Shown here piece after piece: positions 59,292-64,000 of a DNA stretch of 64,000 nucleotides. Every line of letters begins with the position of its first letter. Positions within the stretch are counted from its first letter, which is position 1. Under the pieces are notes generated by a model that was not told the DNA's origin, made no database searches, and worked only from the letters and a program-made list of their open reading frames with translations. The stretch covers positions 747,757 to 811,756 of the forward strand of contig OY969414.1 of the NCBI GenBank assembly GCA_963699155.1. The letters run 5' to 3'. The position numbers and the translations under genes are program-made. The stretch is from an uncultured Chlamydiales bacterium (GTDB lineage: Bacteria; Chlamydiota; Chlamydiia; Chlamydiales; JAAKFR01).

Positions 59292-61103
59292 ATGGCCGCT
59301 GTCGTTTTAGATCCATCTACCCCTGCCAACCCATTGAAAGAGAGAGGAGCTGTGATACCCTCTTCCTTTCTCCCCTTTGAGGAGTTTAAGGCAAAGTTTA
59401 GCTTAGGTGAAACCTCCACAGAGAAAGAAAATGTGAACACGCGTCACCTGAGCACAGTTCTGAGTGAAGATAGAGGCAAAGGGCTCTCCCTACTTTTGGC
59501 AGAAGAAGTCAATGTTATAGAAGGCTTTAAAAAGTTTGCCCCACAATTGGATCAACTTGCCCCTGAATTAGCGGAGAGAGCGAAACAGGGTGGACGCATC
59601 ATTTTTATCGGTGTTGGCTCTAGTGGACGACTTGGTTTGGATTTGGCTGCAAAAGTGACGTCACACTGTCCGGCGCTCAAATGTGTGGGGATTCTGGGAG
59701 GTGGAGATGGAGCCCTCATCCAGGCTAGAGAGGGTTTTGAAGATTCTCTTGCAGAAGGCAAAACCAGTGCTCAAAAAATGGCCATCACAGCGTTAGATAC
59801 CGTTTTTTTAATCTCTGCGAGCGGCTCTGCCTCATTTAATGCGGGCTTTGGGCATGAGGCGGCAAACCAGGGTGCCAAAGTCTTCTATTTCTACAACAGT
59901 CAAGAAGTGCCTACGAGGACAAAAGAGCTCTTCACGCGCATCAATAATCCTGTCATTCCCCTCTTACTCGACATTGGGCCTCAAGCCATTTTAGGATCAA
60001 CACGCCTCCAAGGATATAGTATAGGCCGAGTCTGTTTGGGCTACTTGTTAGGGCAAACCCTTTTCCATTTTGAGAATAGAGAAGATTGGGGGCACTATTC
60101 TTCTGTAGCTCTCGTTCACAAACTCGAGCTGGCTCTTAAAAACATCGACTCCCAGCTGGACAATCTGATTCGAATCATCGAGGAAGAATATCGCGTTTTT
60201 TCAAGCCCAGAATCCAACTTCAGGCGGGCGCGAGACATGACATCTGAGGGATATGTTACCTTGCTTGGCACTGCCTCTTCCCTCAGAGAAGAGTTGATTG
60301 ATAGTGTGGAAACCTCACCCACTTTCTTTTTGAACCCTCGGAAAAGAGAGCGTGAAGACAAAAAAAGACGCGCTGAATACCAAGCCTATCTCGTTGGTGA
60401 GTCAGATAATGTGAAGGCATGGAAGACGGTTTTAGGGAGAGATCCCTATTTTCCTGAGGATTGGAAGGAAGTCGATGACTTCATTCTCGCGGCAGAGATG
60501 GATGGGAAAGAAAGCTTTCAGAATCGTCCTCATGGCCCGGGTAATTTTGTCCTAGGGGTCGATGTATTGCACCGTGGTCAGACACTTTCTCCACAGCTTG
60601 TGGAGTCACTACACAAAGTGAAACAAGCAGGCGGGGGAACTGCGCTCCTCATTCTTTCAGAAGATCAACTCTCTGTTCCAGAGGATCTTGCAGATATTAT
60701 TTCTGTGGTGCAGCAGGAGGATGATCCATTGGGCATTATATTCAGTCAGTTACTGAAATGGCAGCTCAATCTCATTTCTAATGGCACGATGATTTTAATG
60801 GGTAAAGTCTCCGGCAATCGGATGATCGACTTGCGCACCTCCAACAACAAGCTGATTGATCGCTGCATGCGCCTCATCCATGAACAATGGTCCTTGCATC
60901 ACCCAGATGAGCCCCTTGATGATCGCAAACTGTATGAAATGATTATCGATGTTTATACCAAACAGAAAGGCAATCAAGAGCAGGGTGAATATACCCCTTC
61001 CACTTTAAAATTGGTTCTAGCCATGCTTGAGAAGCGCTCTTCATTCGAGGAGGCCACTCATCTGCTGAGAGAGATCGGCGAGAATATTGACCAATTATAT
61101 TAG
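59292..61103 (+). CDS. Double-SIS MurQ/glucokinase-regulatory-protein (GKRP)-like protein
   Basis: TEKEN, GSSGRLG, REGFED, GSTRL, DSVETSPTF, GKVSGNRMIDL..SNNKL; 603 aa. Confidence 0.8.
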   Translation: MAAVVLDPSTPANPLKERGAVIPSSFLPFEEFKAKFSLGETSTEKENVNTRHLSTVLSEDRGKGLSLLLAEEVNVIEGFKKFAPQLDQLAPELAERAKQGGRIIFIGVGSSGRLGLDLAAKVTSHCPALKCVGILGGGDGALIQAREGFEDSLAEGKTSAQKMAITALDTVFLISASGSASFNAGFGHEAANQGAKVFYFYNSQEVPTRTKELFTRINNPVIPLLLDIGPQAILGSTRLQGYSIGRVCLGYLLGQTLFHFENREDWGHYSSVALVHKLELALKNIDSQLDNLIRIIEEEYRVFSSPESNFRRARDMTSEGYVTLLGTASSLREELIDSVETSPTFFLNPRKREREDKKRRAEYQAYLVGESDNVKAWKTVLGRDPYFPEDWKEVDDFILAAEMDGKESFQNRPHGPGNFVLGVDVLHRGQTLSPQLVESLHKVKQAGGGTALLILSEDQLSVPEDLADIISVVQQEDDPLGIIFSQLLKWQLNLISNGTMILMGKVSGNRMIDLRTSNNKLIDRCMRLIHEQWSLHHPDEPLDDRKLYEMIIDVYTKQKGNQEQGEYTPSTLKLVLAMLEKRSSFEEATHLLREIGENIDQLY

Positions 61104-61674
61104 GGCATCGAAATGCGGGAGAAGAACTCGGCGCGGAGGGTGCTGTTGTTCTCGAAGCAGCCCTTGAGAATGTGTGTTTCCATCGAAGCGGAGCAGTCTT
61201 GGACACCGCGTGCCACCATGCAGAAGTGGACGGCTTGGATGCAGACGGCCACGTTTTCTGTGTCGAGATGTTCGATCAGGGATTGAGAGATTTCAGCTGT
61301 CAGCCGCTCCTGCACCTGGGGACGTTTAGCAAAATAGTGGATGAGACGGGGAATTTTGGAGATACCCATAATTTTCTTATGGGGGAAGTAGGCGACATGG
61401 ACTTTTCCTGAGAGAGGAACAAAATGGTGCTCACAAAAGCTGACGAAGGAGATATTTTTGACCAGGACCATCTCTTCGGGGATGTTCTCTTCTTGGAAGG
61501 TCAGTTTGGGGAAGCTCTGGCTCTCTAGCCCTGAAAAGATCTCATCGACATACATGCGGGCGATTCGGTGTGGAGTTTCTTTAAGAGAAGGATCGTTGAG
61601 ATCGAGGCCAAGGATTTGCATCACCTCTGCCATTTTCTCGGCGATCAACTCTTTTTTCTTCTCAGGAGACAGTT

Positions 61675-61678
<4 letters not shown>
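61100..61678 (-). CDS. folE: GTP cyclohydrolase I
   Basis: ETPHRIA, CEHH, QVQERL, HFCMVARG. Confidence 0.97.
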
Positions 61679-63255
<1,577 letters not shown>

Positions 63256-63303
63256 GGCTGTTCAGGATACGAGAAGGGGAATAAAAAGAGAAGAAGCAGA
63301 AGC

Positions 63304-63332
63304 TGGAGCGGGTATCCAAATAGCCCGCTCCA
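63304..63332. terminator. GC-rich hairpin, probable terminator
   Basis: TGGAGCGGG...CCCGCTCCA inverted repeat just downstream of the OMP gene stop. Confidence 0.6.
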
Positions 63333-63343
63333 AATAAGAACTT

Positions 63344-64000
63344 TTAGAAATAATAGGCCAAGCCGATAGAGGTGACCTGTTTTCTGGCTCGTGTAGAAAA
63401 CTGAGCGGTATGAGTAATGATTTCACCTTCAAAGAAGGTTGGTCCTGAAGAACCGCTTGTTTTCACTCTCCAATACTGTACTGAGTAAAGGTATAAGCAA
63501 CCTGGAGGCTGAGACATCGGGTGATCATATGCTCCACACCAAAACCTCCCCTAAATGCAACAGAAGTTCTCCTTTTATTCACTGAAATTAGGCTTGCAAA
63601 AGGAGGCAAACCAACTTCGCTTAAGCTATCTGTAAAACTTCCCTTGAATCTTTCTTTATTGACAGCACCACCAAGCAGTCCAAAGAACAAGGTTCTTTGG
63701 CAGAAAACCCAGCCGGGCTTAAAATCAAAAGTAAATTCTGCAGTGGAAAGTTTTGTGCGAGTATTGAGGTTTTCGGTTTGAACTGCTTCAAAAACCCCAG
63801 GGGTGATAGTAGTAGCAATTTCCTCATACTTATGGTTAATATCAAAGCTAGAAAAGTTGACCCCTAGCCGGCCTCCTAAGTAAATATTGCCACACTGAAG
63901 GCCCCAACCAGCAAAGACCTCTCCCCATGGTTTTATCCTATAATTCTTACTCTTTTCAATTAATTCATTGGTTTCGGTTGTTCCGGCAACTAGAACTGTT
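63344..64000 (-). pseudogene. Outer-membrane beta-barrel protein frameshifted by a 5-bp duplication (5' part beyond window)
   Basis: Frame open from 64000 (GEVFAGWG, YLGGRLG, GGFGVEH, LQVAYTFTQY); TACTG duplicated at 63474..63483; the other frame ends GLAYYF*. Confidence 0.8.

Overview
This window looks like chromosome from an environmental Chlamydiae (Chlamydiota) bacterium. The inference rests on a chlamydia-like gene set and order: ribE/nrdR-dksA-lspA, lpxK-gltT-E2, glyA-clpP-dapF-UPF0158, cdsZ-rnpB, rplU-rpmA-obgE and tsp. The housekeeping blocks are interrupted by accessory genes: a GNAT, RND efflux and TauE block after tRNA-Phe, and many candidate host-interaction proteins (an F-box/helical-repeat ORF missed by the ORF track, Inc-like hydrophobic proteins, a frameshifted ankyrin protein, a probably dead alpha/beta hydrolase, a kinase-like protein). 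RNA genes are tRNA-Phe(GAA), tRNA-Ser(GGA) and RNase P RNA. The most notable observations are: (1) tandem membrane-anchored ClpB-NBD1-like AAA+ paralogs, one with a degenerate Walker B; (2) a structured 112-bp repeat found as a 4-unit array after tRNA-Phe and as a diverged inverted copy after tRNA-Ser; (3) repeated duplication of gene 3' ends (glyA 44 bp x5.75 with each unit a mini-ORF, icd, cdsZ, tsp); (4) a full-length GKRP-like double-SIS protein; (5) a 159-bp palindromic element that supplies the ribE C-terminus. I saw no CRISPR array, integrase or transposase. All product calls come from motif recognition by eye; no database search was run.
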